This document shows positions 11,578 to 20,374 of a stretch of 56,715 nt of DNA, one piece after another. The stretch's first letter is position 1. Each line of letters starts with the position of its first letter. The stretch lies in the IMG/VR virus record IMGVR_UViG_2622736468_000005; one strand, 5' to 3'. The DNA is from a virus. Taxonomy: Duplodnaviria; Heunggongvirae; Uroviricota; Caudoviricetes. The position numbers and the translations under genes are program-made. The notes under the pieces were generated by a model. It saw only the letters and a program-made list of their open reading frames with translations, was not told where the DNA came from and searched no databases.

Positions 11578-12275
11578 TTACTGCGAAAGTTTGTTAATGG
11601 AAAGGAAACCGCCAAAATTAGCCACCATGCCGCGCATCTCACACCCGCGCATGCACTTGCTGCATCTGTCCTTACGGATATCCGTGGTGGGGTTGTCGAA
11701 CTCATCCGCCACCGCAGGACCGTTATACCCGCATTCATCTCCCCGGTAATCCCACATACAGGTGTTCGCCAGCATGATGCGACCAGGAAACAGCGCCCCG
11801 TCCGTCTCGGTCGGTGTCGCCAGCACAAACGAGGCCGTCATGGCCGTCAGCTCTGACATCTGCTCCACCACCCAGCGGTCGCTCAGCTCCTGCTCCGGGT
11901 CTGCCTCCGGATTGCCCGCAACGAAATTCACCGCATCCAGAAAACGCCCATACACCCGACGGCGGACCACCGTGGCCCCACCAGACTCTGCAGGTCTTCC
12001 GCCATCCCGGTGACCAGACCGAACAGATTGGACACCGTCAGCAACGGTCTGGCACTGCTGCCCTTCCCGCTCATCTGAAAACCGCTGCCGTCAATCGGGT
12101 ATGCCTGATATTGCCGCCCCTGCCAGGTGACCGGCTCCCCTTTTTCATTCAGCTCATTACAGAAAAAATACCGCTCACCGCCCTGCACCGTCAGGTCAAT
12201 TTCCCAGAGCACCACCCGCGGTGACTGCTCTGATTTAACCGACTCGTTCAGACTTTCTTCGTGGATCTCCTGCAT
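11578..12275 (-). pseudogene. L: tail tip protein L, interrupted by a 1-bp frameshift (track ORFs 11928..12275 and 11578..11970)
   Basis: N-terminal ORF matches lambda gpL up to ...GMAEDLQSLVG, C-terminal ORF matches the rest (VRRRVYGRFLDAVNF...FGGFLSINKLSQ); frames differ by one base at a C4 run at 11976..11979. Confidence 0.8.
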
Positions 12276-12284
12276 AAACTTCCA

Positions 12285-12473
12285 CCCATAAAAAAGGGGC
12301 GCAATGCGCCCCGAACAAAAAAGTTCAATTAAAAATCGAAAGCAATGAAGGTAATAAAATGAAAATTAAATCGGCTAATTGCCGTTTGCAGTGACCGGTG
12401 AAAACTATACTTTCACCGATACAGACCATCTGTGAGGGCAGATGGTCTGTATTTGTTCACTCACCAGTTATCA
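12285..12473 (-). ncRNA. candidate 3'UTR-derived sRNA (IpeX-like) downstream of prophage porin gene
   Basis: About 190-nt untranslated segment after porin stop containing a 12-bp perfect hairpin (acagaccatctg...cagatggtctgt) and ending in a strong intrinsic terminator (ggggcgca-ttg-cgcccc + T-run). Confidence 0.3.
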
Positions 12474-13610
12474 TCAGAACTGATAAGTCATACCAACGGC
12501 AACGATATTATCCGTTGCAACACCTGCATCCTGGGTAAACTGACTTTCATCAATCAGATTGATTTTATAATCAACATAGGTGGACATATTTTTATTAAAA
12601 TAATATGTTGTACCCACATCAATATATTTAACCAGATCCTGATTGCCATAGTTTTTACCACCGACAATTATATCCTGAGCACGAGACTGCAGGAACGCCA
12701 GAGATGGACGCAAACCGAAATCAAACTGATACTGTAATACCGCTTCAAAGTTCTGGGCTTTATCTGCCACCCCTTTGTCGCCAAAGGTCGTCATATTCTG
12801 AGTCTCAGAATATATTGTCGCCAGATAAATGTTGTTGGCATCATATTTAAGCCCGGTGCCCCACATCTCAGCGTGTTTACCTTTTGCAACACTGCCGGAA
12901 TCAACAACTGTTTGAGTACCGTTTACTGTTTGCGTACCATTCAGGCCTTTCACCTGATTGTTGGTACGGTCTGCGTTAGTATATGCAGCCACGATACCAA
13001 AACCTTCATATTCATAACTGGCAGAGAAACCATAACCATCACCATTAGCTTCCTGAAGGTCATCACGTTCATTCTTGCCCTGATACTGAGCTGCAAAATT
13101 CAGGCCATCAACAAGTCCAAAGAAATCAGTATTACGGTAAGTCGCCACACCAGAAGTACGGGCAGTCATGAAGTTATCGGTCTGAGTCCAGCCATCACCA
13201 CCAAACTCTGGTAATACGTCGGTATAAGCACCAACATCATACGCAATACCATAGTTACGACCATAATCAATGCTGCCAAAGTCACCGAACTTCAGACCTG
13301 CAAACGCCAGACGAGTCTTATTACCCGCAGCACCGTCTGATTCAGTTTTATTACCAGAGAACTGATATTCCCACTGACCAAAACCGGTCAGTTGATCATT
13401 AATCTGAGTTTCACCTTTAAAGCCCAGACGTGCATATGTCCGATCACCATCATTTCCCTTATCGCTGGAGAAATAATGCAGTGCCGTTACACGTCCATAC
13501 AGATCAAGCTTATTGCTATCTTTGTTATATACTTCCGCAGCCTGCGCACCAGCTGCAAAAATCACAGCCGCAGCCACGGCTGAAAGTGCCACTGTCATTT
13601 TTTTCATCAT
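12474..13610 (-). CDS. general bacterial porin of the OmpC/OmpF/PhoE family (prophage moron)
   Basis: 378-aa ORF with signal peptide ([12 protein letters not shown]), porin signature stretches ([23 protein letters not shown]-terminal ...VAVGMTYQF); AT-rich flanks; inserted between tail genes L and M. Confidence 0.85.
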   Translation of the reverse strand: MMKKMTVALSAVAAAVIFAAGAQAAEVYNKDSNKLDLYGRVTALHYFSSDKGNDGDRTYARLGFKGETQINDQLTGFGQWEYQFSGNKTESDGAAGNKTRLAFAGLKFGDFGSIDYGRNYGIAYDVGAYTDVLPEFGGDGWTQTDNFMTARTSGVATYRNTDFFGLVDGLNFAAQYQGKNERDDLQEANGDGYGFSASYEYEGFGIVAAYTNADRTNNQVKGLNGTQTVNGTQTVVDSGSVAKGKHAEMWGTGLKYDANNIYLATIYSETQNMTTFGDKGVADKAQNFEAVLQYQFDFGLRPSLAFLQSRAQDIIVGGKNYGNQDLVKYIDVGTTYYFNKNMSTYVDYKINLIDESQFTQDAGVATDNIVAVGMTYQF

Positions 13611-13699
13611 TTGTTCCTTATTTTAATTGAACTATTCATGAATTGGGCTGTCATGAACGCCAGTTAAAATATTTTACTACAAATTCTGAATTCAATTCA

Positions 13700-13735
13700 T
13701 TAAATGCAACAAAATGTAAACAAGAGACAAGTTTC
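13700..13735 (-). promoter_or_regulatory. putative OmpR-binding box in porin promoter region
   Basis: Minus-strand sequence TGAAACTTGTCTCTTGTTTACATTTTGTTGCATTT resembles OmpR sites of ompC/ompF (GTTTACATTTTG, TGAAAC). Confidence 0.35.
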
Positions 13736-13812
13736 ACACTTTCTGTTAAGACGACAAAAAATAATTTTGCATGAAACAATAAAGATTAATTTATAATACA
13801 ATTCTTGGAAAT

Positions 13813-14154
13813 CTATGAGATTACCTGCTCAATCGTGCAACTGAAATCACTGTACCGGGCATTATCCGTGACACTCCACTCACGGCACACAACCCTCACC
13901 GTTCGGTTATGTTTCGGCGGTCGCCACAAAAAGGCACGGTAACCACCATGCCACGATAAAAACTCTTCCAGCCATCGCCGGGTCGCCTCATCCGTCACCC
14001 GGAACACCGCCTGAAACGTCTTCAGTCGGGCATTAAGTCCCGTCGGGCGGCGCTGTTCATAACCGTCACCAAACCGTACCCTCGCCACCGACGGTTTCTC
14101 ACTCACCTGCATCCCTTCACGCGGGACCAGATGCAGCGTTTTTATCTCAGCCAC
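13813..14154 (-). CDS. M: minor tail protein M
   Basis: 113-aa ORF with VRFGDGYEQR...GLNA motif as in lambda gpM; position between H and L. Confidence 0.8.
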   Translation of the reverse strand: MAEIKTLHLVPREGMQVSEKPSVARVRFGDGYEQRRPTGLNARLKTFQAVFRVTDEATRRWLEEFLSWHGGYRAFLWRPPKHNRTVRVVCREWSVTDNARYSDFSCTIEQVIS

Positions 14155-17100
14155 TCAGCATTCCTCCGTCACGTCGCATGGACAGCATCACCGCCTGCAC
14201 CCGCTGGTCAATCAGTTGCACAAGGCTGCCCGCAGCTTCCGGCCCTATCTGGCCATTAGTCCCGTCATTCTGAATGGCGATATGGTAGACCGGGGAATAC
14301 ACCAGACCCGCACTGCCGTTCATACTGCCCACCGCTCGCACACCCAGCGAGCCATCCGCCGCCCGGGTCAGGGGCATAATGGCTTCAGGACCGGCCTCCC
14401 CCATAAGTCCCGCCCCTTTTGCAAAGGCAAAGTACGTGGGCGTATCCACAATACTGTTGCTGTACGCACTCAGGTTTGCCGAGGTAAACACGCCGCCTTT
14501 TGCATTGGCCACCGCCCCGCCCAACCAGTCACCAATGCTGCCGAGAAATCCTCCTGCACCGGACATACTATTTGCCGCCGTCCTGATCCCGTTGACAATC
14601 GCGGCATTCATAAGAACTTTTGATATTTCCTGCAGCACTGATGAGGCCCAGCTGCGCCATTCCACTTTATTCCCGTTCAGCACCTCCGTGATGTTATTCA
14701 CCATCCCTGAGATACCCTCCGTCGCAAGTTGTGCTGCCTGTGAGGCGTAATCGGACGCATTATCCACCCAGTTACTGAACCCCTCCTGCAGCCCTTTCTG
14801 CCAGTCCGCACGCTGCACATCCGATTCGGCATAAAAGGCTGCCTGGTCCTTAAGGCGTTCGCTCAGATACTGCGCGTTCTGTGCCCGTGCCTGTCTGTAA
14901 AAATCCTCACTGATATCCCCGGTCTGATACTGAGACTGAAGGTCCGCATCCTTCTGGCGGAAGCTGTCGCGGATCTGCTGCAACTCCCGCATGCGTTCCC
15001 TGGCTCGTTCTCCCTGCCCGTACCCCAGCAGTTCGGCTTCATTTGATGCACGCGCAGCCACATTATCATTCTTCAGGGTCTCTTCCCGGTACCGTAACTG
15101 CTCCCGGATTTTTTGCTGGTCAATCAGGGCCGCATTGCGCAGCAGTTCCTGCTTCTGTATCTCCGTCAGGGTTTTCAGTTCGCCCTGCGCTGTCTGGTAC
15201 TTCAGCTTCGCCAGTTCTGTATTCTGACCCGCCAGTGCCAGTTGCTCTTTCTGCTGCTTCAGTAGCCGGGAAAAACTGTCTTCCGCTTTTTCCGTCTCTG
15301 ATTTTCCACCCCGGGATTTGGGTTTATTCGCCTCGTTATTGCGCCAGGCTTCCAGGGCATTACTGATATAACGTTGTCTCGCCTCCTGATACGGATCACC
15401 CACAAAACCGAGGTCATCCGCCGCATACCCCAGCCGGGCACGCTCTTTTTCTTCCCCTTTCAGTCTGGACAGGGCCAGCTCACGCTCTGTTTTTGTCAGG
15501 GCACTCTGCTGTTTATCATCCAGAGTGGCCTGTGGCAGCCGTAACGGCACATTCACCAGTCCCTGCCGCTGCTGAAGCAGTTCATTACCCTGCCCCAGCA
15601 GACGGTTGAATTCCGTATGCTGACCGTTCATAACCAGCATGGACTGGTACACCTTATTCTGCTCTGCCGCCTGCTGACGAATTAACGCCACACGACGGTC
15701 TTCCAGCCCGGCAAGCACATCCTGAATGGACTGCGCTTTTTCCTGCATCTGTGCCAGACGGGACTGCTCAACGGCAAGCTGCTCTGTTGCCTGAGCAAGC
15801 CCTTCCGTTACGGTCTTCACCGAGGTCAGATGGTTTATCATGAATCCGTCACCGGTCGTCCAGCCCGGGTTCGCCAGAACATACTGATATCCTGCGATTT
15901 TTTCCTGCAGGGATTTCACCCGACTGGCCTGTTCATCAATCAGCCGGTTCTGCTCTGTCAGCGCCGCCCGTGTTCGTCCTTCATTATCTGAGGCTTCAGG
16001 CAAAGACATTGACGGCGTTTTATGCGCGATTTCATCTATCGTCAGTGCATACTGGCGCGCAGACTCCCTGGCCTGCTCCTGATTCTGGTACAGCGTGTAC
16101 CATGCTGCAGCCCCCAGCATCACCAGTCCGGGTACGCCACCAACCAGCCCCAGCGCACCGCTCATCAGACGTGAGCCCACCGCCGTTGTACTGTTCAGCG
16201 CATTCTGGGCGGCGCTTCTGGCAGCAATATTTCTGTTCAGGCGTTCCTGTGTGGCCGCCAGACGGGCCTCTGCAGCAATCTGCATCTCCGTCCCGCGGGC
16301 TGCCGCCACGGCCTGCTGAGCACGGTACACGGCTGCCCTTGCCCGCGCCGTGGCAATCTGCGTTCCCCTGAACTGTGCTTCCGCCAGTGCAACTTCATTA
16401 CGTGCAGCCGTCACAAGTCCTGCCGTGGCAGACATCGCTCCGGAGGCCATATTGCCAAAGTACCGGGCCACCCCGACGGCAACCAGCGCACCCACAGCTG
16501 TTGCCACATTATCAATCTGTCCGGCAACACCGTTCAGCATGCCGGAGAGCGTTTTTGTCACCCCGCTGGCCTCATTCGCACCGCCCACCCAGGCCATAAA
16601 GGCGTTTTCCACCTTTGTGATCCCGTCAGAGACCGTTTCTGGCATGGCGGCATATTCATCACGCAATGTCCCCAGCTGGCTGATTAACGCGGGCACGACT
16701 TTATCCGCCGTCAGTTGACCATCGTCCGCCATCGCCTTCAGATCTTTACGGGCCACGCCCATGCCTGCAGCCAGTGCACGAATGATCCGGTCACCACTTT
16801 CATTGACCGAATTAAATTCCTCACCGCGCAACACACCCTGTGCCAGCGCCTGGCTGAACTGGGTGATCACCGAACCCGCCTCAGCCGTACTGGCACCGGA
16901 GATTTTCAGCCCCGTGGAAATGGCCTCCGTCACCTTCAGTACATCACCGGCACTGTAACCATATTCACGCATCGAGGCAGCCGAACGGGCAAACAGGGCC
17001 GCATTATCCGAAAAAGCGGTACCTGTCCGCTGACTGATATCCATCAGCACTTTCTGTGATGACGAAAATTCATCGGATGACTGTGATGCCTGTTTCAGAC

Positions 17101-17389
17101 GGGCATTCACGGAACTCCACTCATCAGCCAGTGAAATCAGGTGTCCGGTGGCAAAGGCACCGGCAAATGCGCCAGCCATTCCGACAGCCGAAGCGCGGAT
17201 TTCCGTCAACTGGCTGTTCAGTTCTGCCAGGGCACGTCGCTGCTCCCGGGCTGCCGCAGCGGCCTGACGCCCGCCATTCTGCAGGGTCCGGTAATATTCA
17301 CTGCCCATACGGGAAGCCCGCTGGATCTCCGACTGGAATGACTGTGAATTTGCCGAAATTTTGATAATCAGTTCACGTAACGTCGCCAT
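14147..17389 (-). CDS. H: tail tape measure protein H
   Basis: 1080-aa ORF, coiled-coil rich, C-terminus ...NDGTNGQIGPEAA...RRDGGMLSG matches lambda gpH end. Confidence 0.85.
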   Translation of the reverse strand: MATLRELIIKISANSQSFQSEIQRASRMGSEYYRTLQNGGRQAAAAAREQRRALAELNSQLTEIRASAVGMAGAFAGAFATGHLISLADEWSSVNARLKQASQSSDEFSSSQKVLMDISQRTGTAFSDNAALFARSAASMREYGYSAGDVLKVTEAISTGLKISGASTAEAGSVITQFSQALAQGVLRGEEFNSVNESGDRIIRALAAGMGVARKDLKAMADDGQLTADKVVPALISQLGTLRDEYAAMPETVSDGITKVENAFMAWVGGANEASGVTKTLSGMLNGVAGQIDNVATAVGALVAVGVARYFGNMASGAMSATAGLVTAARNEVALAEAQFRGTQIATARARAAVYRAQQAVAAARGTEMQIAAEARLAATQERLNRNIAARSAAQNALNSTTAVGSRLMSGALGLVGGVPGLVMLGAAAWYTLYQNQEQARESARQYALTIDEIAHKTPSMSLPEASDNEGRTRAALTEQNRLIDEQASRVKSLQEKIAGYQYVLANPGWTTGDGFMINHLTSVKTVTEGLAQATEQLAVEQSRLAQMQEKAQSIQDVLAGLEDRRVALIRQQAAEQNKVYQSMLVMNGQHTEFNRLLGQGNELLQQRQGLVNVPLRLPQATLDDKQQSALTKTERELALSRLKGEEKERARLGYAADDLGFVGDPYQEARQRYISNALEAWRNNEANKPKSRGGKSETEKAEDSFSRLLKQQKEQLALAGQNTELAKLKYQTAQGELKTLTEIQKQELLRNAALIDQQKIREQLRYREETLKNDNVAARASNEAELLGYGQGERARERMRELQQIRDSFRQKDADLQSQYQTGDISEDFYRQARAQNAQYLSERLKDQAAFYAESDVQRADWQKGLQEGFSNWVDNASDYASQAAQLATEGISGMVNNITEVLNGNKVEWRSWASSVLQEISKVLMNAAIVNGIRTAANSMSGAGGFLGSIGDWLGGAVANAKGGVFTSANLSAYSNSIVDTPTYFAFAKGAGLMGEAGPEAIMPLTRAADGSLGVRAVGSMNGSAGLVYSPVYHIAIQNDGTNGQIGPEAAGSLVQLIDQRVQAVMLSMRRDGGMLSG

Positions 17390-17436
17390 TCACCTTTCTC
17401 CGGGCGTAAAAAAACCGCCTCAGCGGTTCTCATCAT

Positions 17437-17750
17437 TCATGACTGTGCTGCAAAGCTCAGCGCGTCTTCCAGCGCCGCAAACGGATCCACCTCCGGCTTA
17501 TCCTCATCCTCGCCCCAGCAGAGCATGGCGTCCTTCAGTGCAACATTCATCCCCTGTGCCCCGAAAACCGCTTTCACGATCTGTGCATTACGGATATCCC
17601 GCGCTCATCACCCAGCGGGGACACCCTGTCAAACTCCATCCACATCATCGCCTCGCTCGCACTCAGGCTGTGCCGCAGTTCGGATAAGGTGCGCCCCAGA
17701 CGGAGCGCAAGTCGCATCAGAAAGCGAATTTCCGGGCGGGCTACTTTTTT
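17437..17750 (-). CDS. T: tail assembly chaperone T portion of the G-T fusion (reached by -1 frameshift), itself interrupted by an extra 1-bp frameshift near 17598..17600
   Basis: Reading in -1 frame from the slippery site gives KKVARPEIRFLMRLALRLGRTLSELRHSLSASEAMMWMEFDRVSPLGDERG then a premature stop at 17574..17576; a third frame continues QIVKAVFGAQGMNVALKDAMLCWGEDEDKPEVDPFAALEDALSFAAQS-stop. Confidence 0.55.
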
Positions 17751-18115
17751 CTGGCCGACTCTGCATCAGCGATCAGTTCCAGTGCCTGACGCAGCAACCG
17801 GGCATGTACCGGACCATAGACGGCCAGCACCTGCTCACGGTCGTCCGGAGTGAACACCCGTTGCAGGTCAGTATCACACAGGACATCGCAGAACAGCGTC
17901 ACATCCGCTTCCAGGTTACGGCGGGTTTTCGCCACCACCGACAGGGTATCGTCATCCTCTCCATCACCATTGAGCACTTCCTGCCACAGATACCAGGCCT
18001 CTGCCGAAGGCTCCCGCAGCACCACGCTGACATTTCCCCATTCCGGCACCTTCACCGTTTTATGACGGAACCCTGACAGTCTGGCCAGCGCCAGTGTTTT
18101 CAGATCTTTTGCCAT
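17741..18115 (-). CDS. G: tail assembly chaperone G
   Basis: 124-aa ORF between V and H ending ...AESARKK-stop with slippery heptamer at its 3' end. Confidence 0.7.
   Translation of the reverse strand: MAKDLKTLALARLSGFRHKTVKVPEWGNVSVVLREPSAEAWYLWQEVLNGDGEDDDTLSVVAKTRRNLEADVTLFCDVLCDTDLQRVFTPDDREQVLAVYGPVHARLLRQALELIADAESARKK
17744..17750 (-). promoter_or_regulatory. programmed -1 ribosomal frameshift site (A AAA AAG) for the G-T fusion
   Basis: Minus-strand AGA AAA AAG TAG at end of G; classic X XXY YYZ heptamer; -1 frame is open and encodes a gpT-like sequence. Confidence 0.65.
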
Positions 18116-18120
18116 AAGCC

Positions 18121-18837
18121 TTATCCGCCCGCACCATTAACCGTTACTGTACACGCATCAGAGGTAATGCTCTGCGGCTGTTCTGCAGAATCCGTTACCT
18201 CGCAGGTATAAGCCCCCTTATCACCTGACTGCGTATTGGCTTTACTGAAAGTGTCAGTAGTCTGTCCCTCTACCGGCTGACCATCCTTCTTCCAGGCGTG
18301 TTTATAAGGCGGCGTTCCCCCGTTGACACTGACTGACATTGTCAGCAGCGCACCGGTATTCACGGTAAGTGTCTTCTCCAGATTTTTCACAAACGCCAGC
18401 GGTACCACATAGGACACCGGTTTACCCTTCAGGCGAAGTGAAAACGTTGCAGCCACCACGCCGTTGGTACCGGATGACCAGGTGTGCTGACGCACTTCCG
18501 CCAGGAACTTAAAGCCCTTACCGGACGGAAACTGCACCTTAAACGCATACACCGTGTCATTGTCATAGGCATCACGCAGGGCGTTCTGGGCCTGATTCAG
18601 ATAAAAATTACCCGACATGGAAATCTCGGACGACGCCCCCAGACCGTTGATGTTCTCCTGCTCTGTGGAGCAGAGCGTGGTCACATCAATATCCTGTTTC
18701 TGCCCGGCGGTGAACTGGACTTCCTTGATGGTGCAGTCCAGGCGCAGATATTCCGCCTTATCCATAGTTTCAGCAGTCGCCGGGGCAGATGAAATCATCA
18801 CCTGCGTCAGCTGTGAGCGTTCATACAAAGCAGACAT
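18121..18837 (-). CDS. V: major tail protein with C-terminal Ig-like domain (gpV-like)
   Basis: 238-aa ORF immediately upstream of G; C-terminal ~80 aa Ig-like (GAYTCEVTDSAEQP) as in many major tail proteins. Confidence 0.7.
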   Translation of the reverse strand: MSALYERSQLTQVMISSAPATAETMDKAEYLRLDCTIKEVQFTAGQKQDIDVTTLCSTEQENINGLGASSEISMSGNFYLNQAQNALRDAYDNDTVYAFKVQFPSGKGFKFLAEVRQHTWSSGTNGVVAATFSLRLKGKPVSYVVPLAFVKNLEKTLTVNTGALLTMSVSVNGGTPPYKHAWKKDGQPVEGQTTDTFSKANTQSGDKGAYTCEVTDSAEQPQSITSDACTVTVNGAGG

Positions 18838-18903
18838 TCTGCCTCCTGATAATAAAAAACCCGCACGCGGCGGGGTATGGGTTTTGTAGAAAAAAAGAAA
18901 AAG

Positions 18904-19248
18904 TCACACCGTGACCTGAAACTCCAGGGTTGCACGGTAACAGCGGTTTTCCGGAATATAGTCCTGCATTTCACTGACGGATCCCGGGGCCAGCAGCATT
19001 ATGGCTTCACGGGCGTCCTGACGTATCTGACGCGCCTGCGTCACAGTCCCGGCATAAACGTCTATCTGCACCGACACTGAGGACTCCGCCTGCCCGCCCA
19101 TCACGTCCGCAGACACCGATGAAATCAGGCTGAAAACCACCCACGGAAGCGCCACCGACGGCCTGCCATCCAGCAGGGGGACCACATACGGGTACACCTG
19201 CCCGCCGGCAAGATGCGCCAGATGAGGATACAAATCCGCCTCCGTCAT
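18904..19248 (-). CDS. tail terminator-like protein (gpU functional analogue)
   Basis: 114-aa ORF directly upstream of major tail gene; overlapping stop/start with next gene. Confidence 0.45.
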   Translation of the reverse strand: MTEADLYPHLAHLAGGQVYPYVVPLLDGRPSVALPWVVFSLISSVSADVMGGQAESSVSVQIDVYAGTVTQARQIRQDAREAIMLLAPGSVSEMQDYIPENRCYRATLEFQVTV

Positions 19249-19691
19249 CGTCTCAGTACCTCATCAATGGCCCGGTTCATCCGAGCAATCGCCACCTGCG
19301 CTGCCTGTTCACTGCGCACATCAAATGCCGGACGCACAAACGGGTGCGGTGGCATATTCACGGTCCCCATTTCCACAAACCGCCAGTAGAAAGCATTGCG
19401 CGGGTTATCCGCCTTCATGGTGTTATCGCTGTTACCGGTGTCCGGATTAACACCACGGATATGGACACCGGATTCCATCCCGCCATCGCGGGAGCGCCGG
19501 GAAAGGACCACCACATTGCGGCGCAGTTTCCCCCTGCGTACCGGTGCCCGTGACACCACTTCTTCTTTCAGCACATTCGCCCCCGCACGGGTTGCCTCAC
19601 GCAGCACCCGGTTATTTTCCGCACCACTCAGAAGCTGCAAATCGCGGCTGATGTCCTCCAGCCCCGAAAAATCCAGCAGGGTTTCGATCAT
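19245..19691 (-). CDS. tail completion protein (HK97 gp10-like)
   Basis: 148-aa ORF in head-tail joining block; translationally coupled neighbours. Confidence 0.45.
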   Translation of the reverse strand: MIETLLDFSGLEDISRDLQLLSGAENNRVLREATRAGANVLKEEVVSRAPVRRGKLRRNVVVLSRRSRDGGMESGVHIRGVNPDTGNSDNTMKADNPRNAFYWRFVEMGTVNMPPHPFVRPAFDVRSEQAAQVAIARMNRAIDEVLRR

Positions 19692-20038
19692 TTTTCCCCT
19701 CCCAGCCGACAGAGAATTTCCAGACGCCCACCAGTCGCATCCGGCACGGGCAGCCCGACAACGTTCAGGATCCGGTCACGCCATGGACCACTCAGCACAT
19801 GAAGTCGTGACGCTGCCGTGATTTCCCGGCCGGACTGACCGCGCACCCAGATGCGGATTTCCGCCTGCGCCATTTCCGCACCGGACTGCATCCGCTCCCG
19901 GCTGCTCCTGCCACGGATATCCGCATGAATTTTCCCGCATGACACCCATTCTTCCGTCATTTCTCCGGCAGCATTACGGGTTAACACCGGGTTCAGAACA
20001 CTTATCATCTGTGTCAGACGACCTGCAGATATTGCCAT
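19688..20038 (-). CDS. head-tail adaptor / head closure protein
   Basis: 116-aa ORF in conserved position. Confidence 0.45.
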   Translation of the reverse strand: MAISAGRLTQMISVLNPVLTRNAAGEMTEEWVSCGKIHADIRGRSSRERMQSGAEMAQAEIRIWVRGQSGREITAASRLHVLSGPWRDRILNVVGLPVPDATGGRLEILCRLGGEK

Positions 20039-20047
20039 TCCCCCTCC

Positions 20048-20374
20048 TCATAACACCGTCGGACAACGCAAATCGTAAATCAGCACGGAAACAGAAAACG
20101 GCAGCTCCCCCTGAATCAGTTCTTCCCGCTCCGCAAGATCCGGATTCCGGTACAGCATCCCGGTCAGTCGCATGGCAGCCCCCTTCATCCGGGTTAATGC
20201 CTCGCCCGGGATCAGTTCACCGTCCTCACGAATCACTTTATCCCGGCTGCCCTGAATGTAGGCCAGCAGCACGGCGGTAGCCTGACGAACCTTGTCCATC
20301 AGCATGTCATCATCCGCGTCATGGTCGACACGCAGATGTGCCTTGATCTCTTCCAGTGTCAGTAATGCCGTCAT
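20048..20374 (-). CDS. head-tail connector protein (gp6-like)
   Basis: 108-aa ORF immediately after portal; stop of portal overlaps its start. Confidence 0.45.
   Translation of the reverse strand: MTALLTLEEIKAHLRVDHDADDDMLMDKVRQATAVLLAYIQGSRDKVIREDGELIPGEALTRMKGAAMRLTGMLYRNPDLAEREELIQGELPFSVSVLIYDLRCPTVL

Noticed and set aside
17361-18076. Plus-strand ORFs 17361..17687 and 17525..18076 across the G/T region
   Set aside because: Antisense to the G-T chaperone genes, whose frames show the slippery site and T-like sequence.
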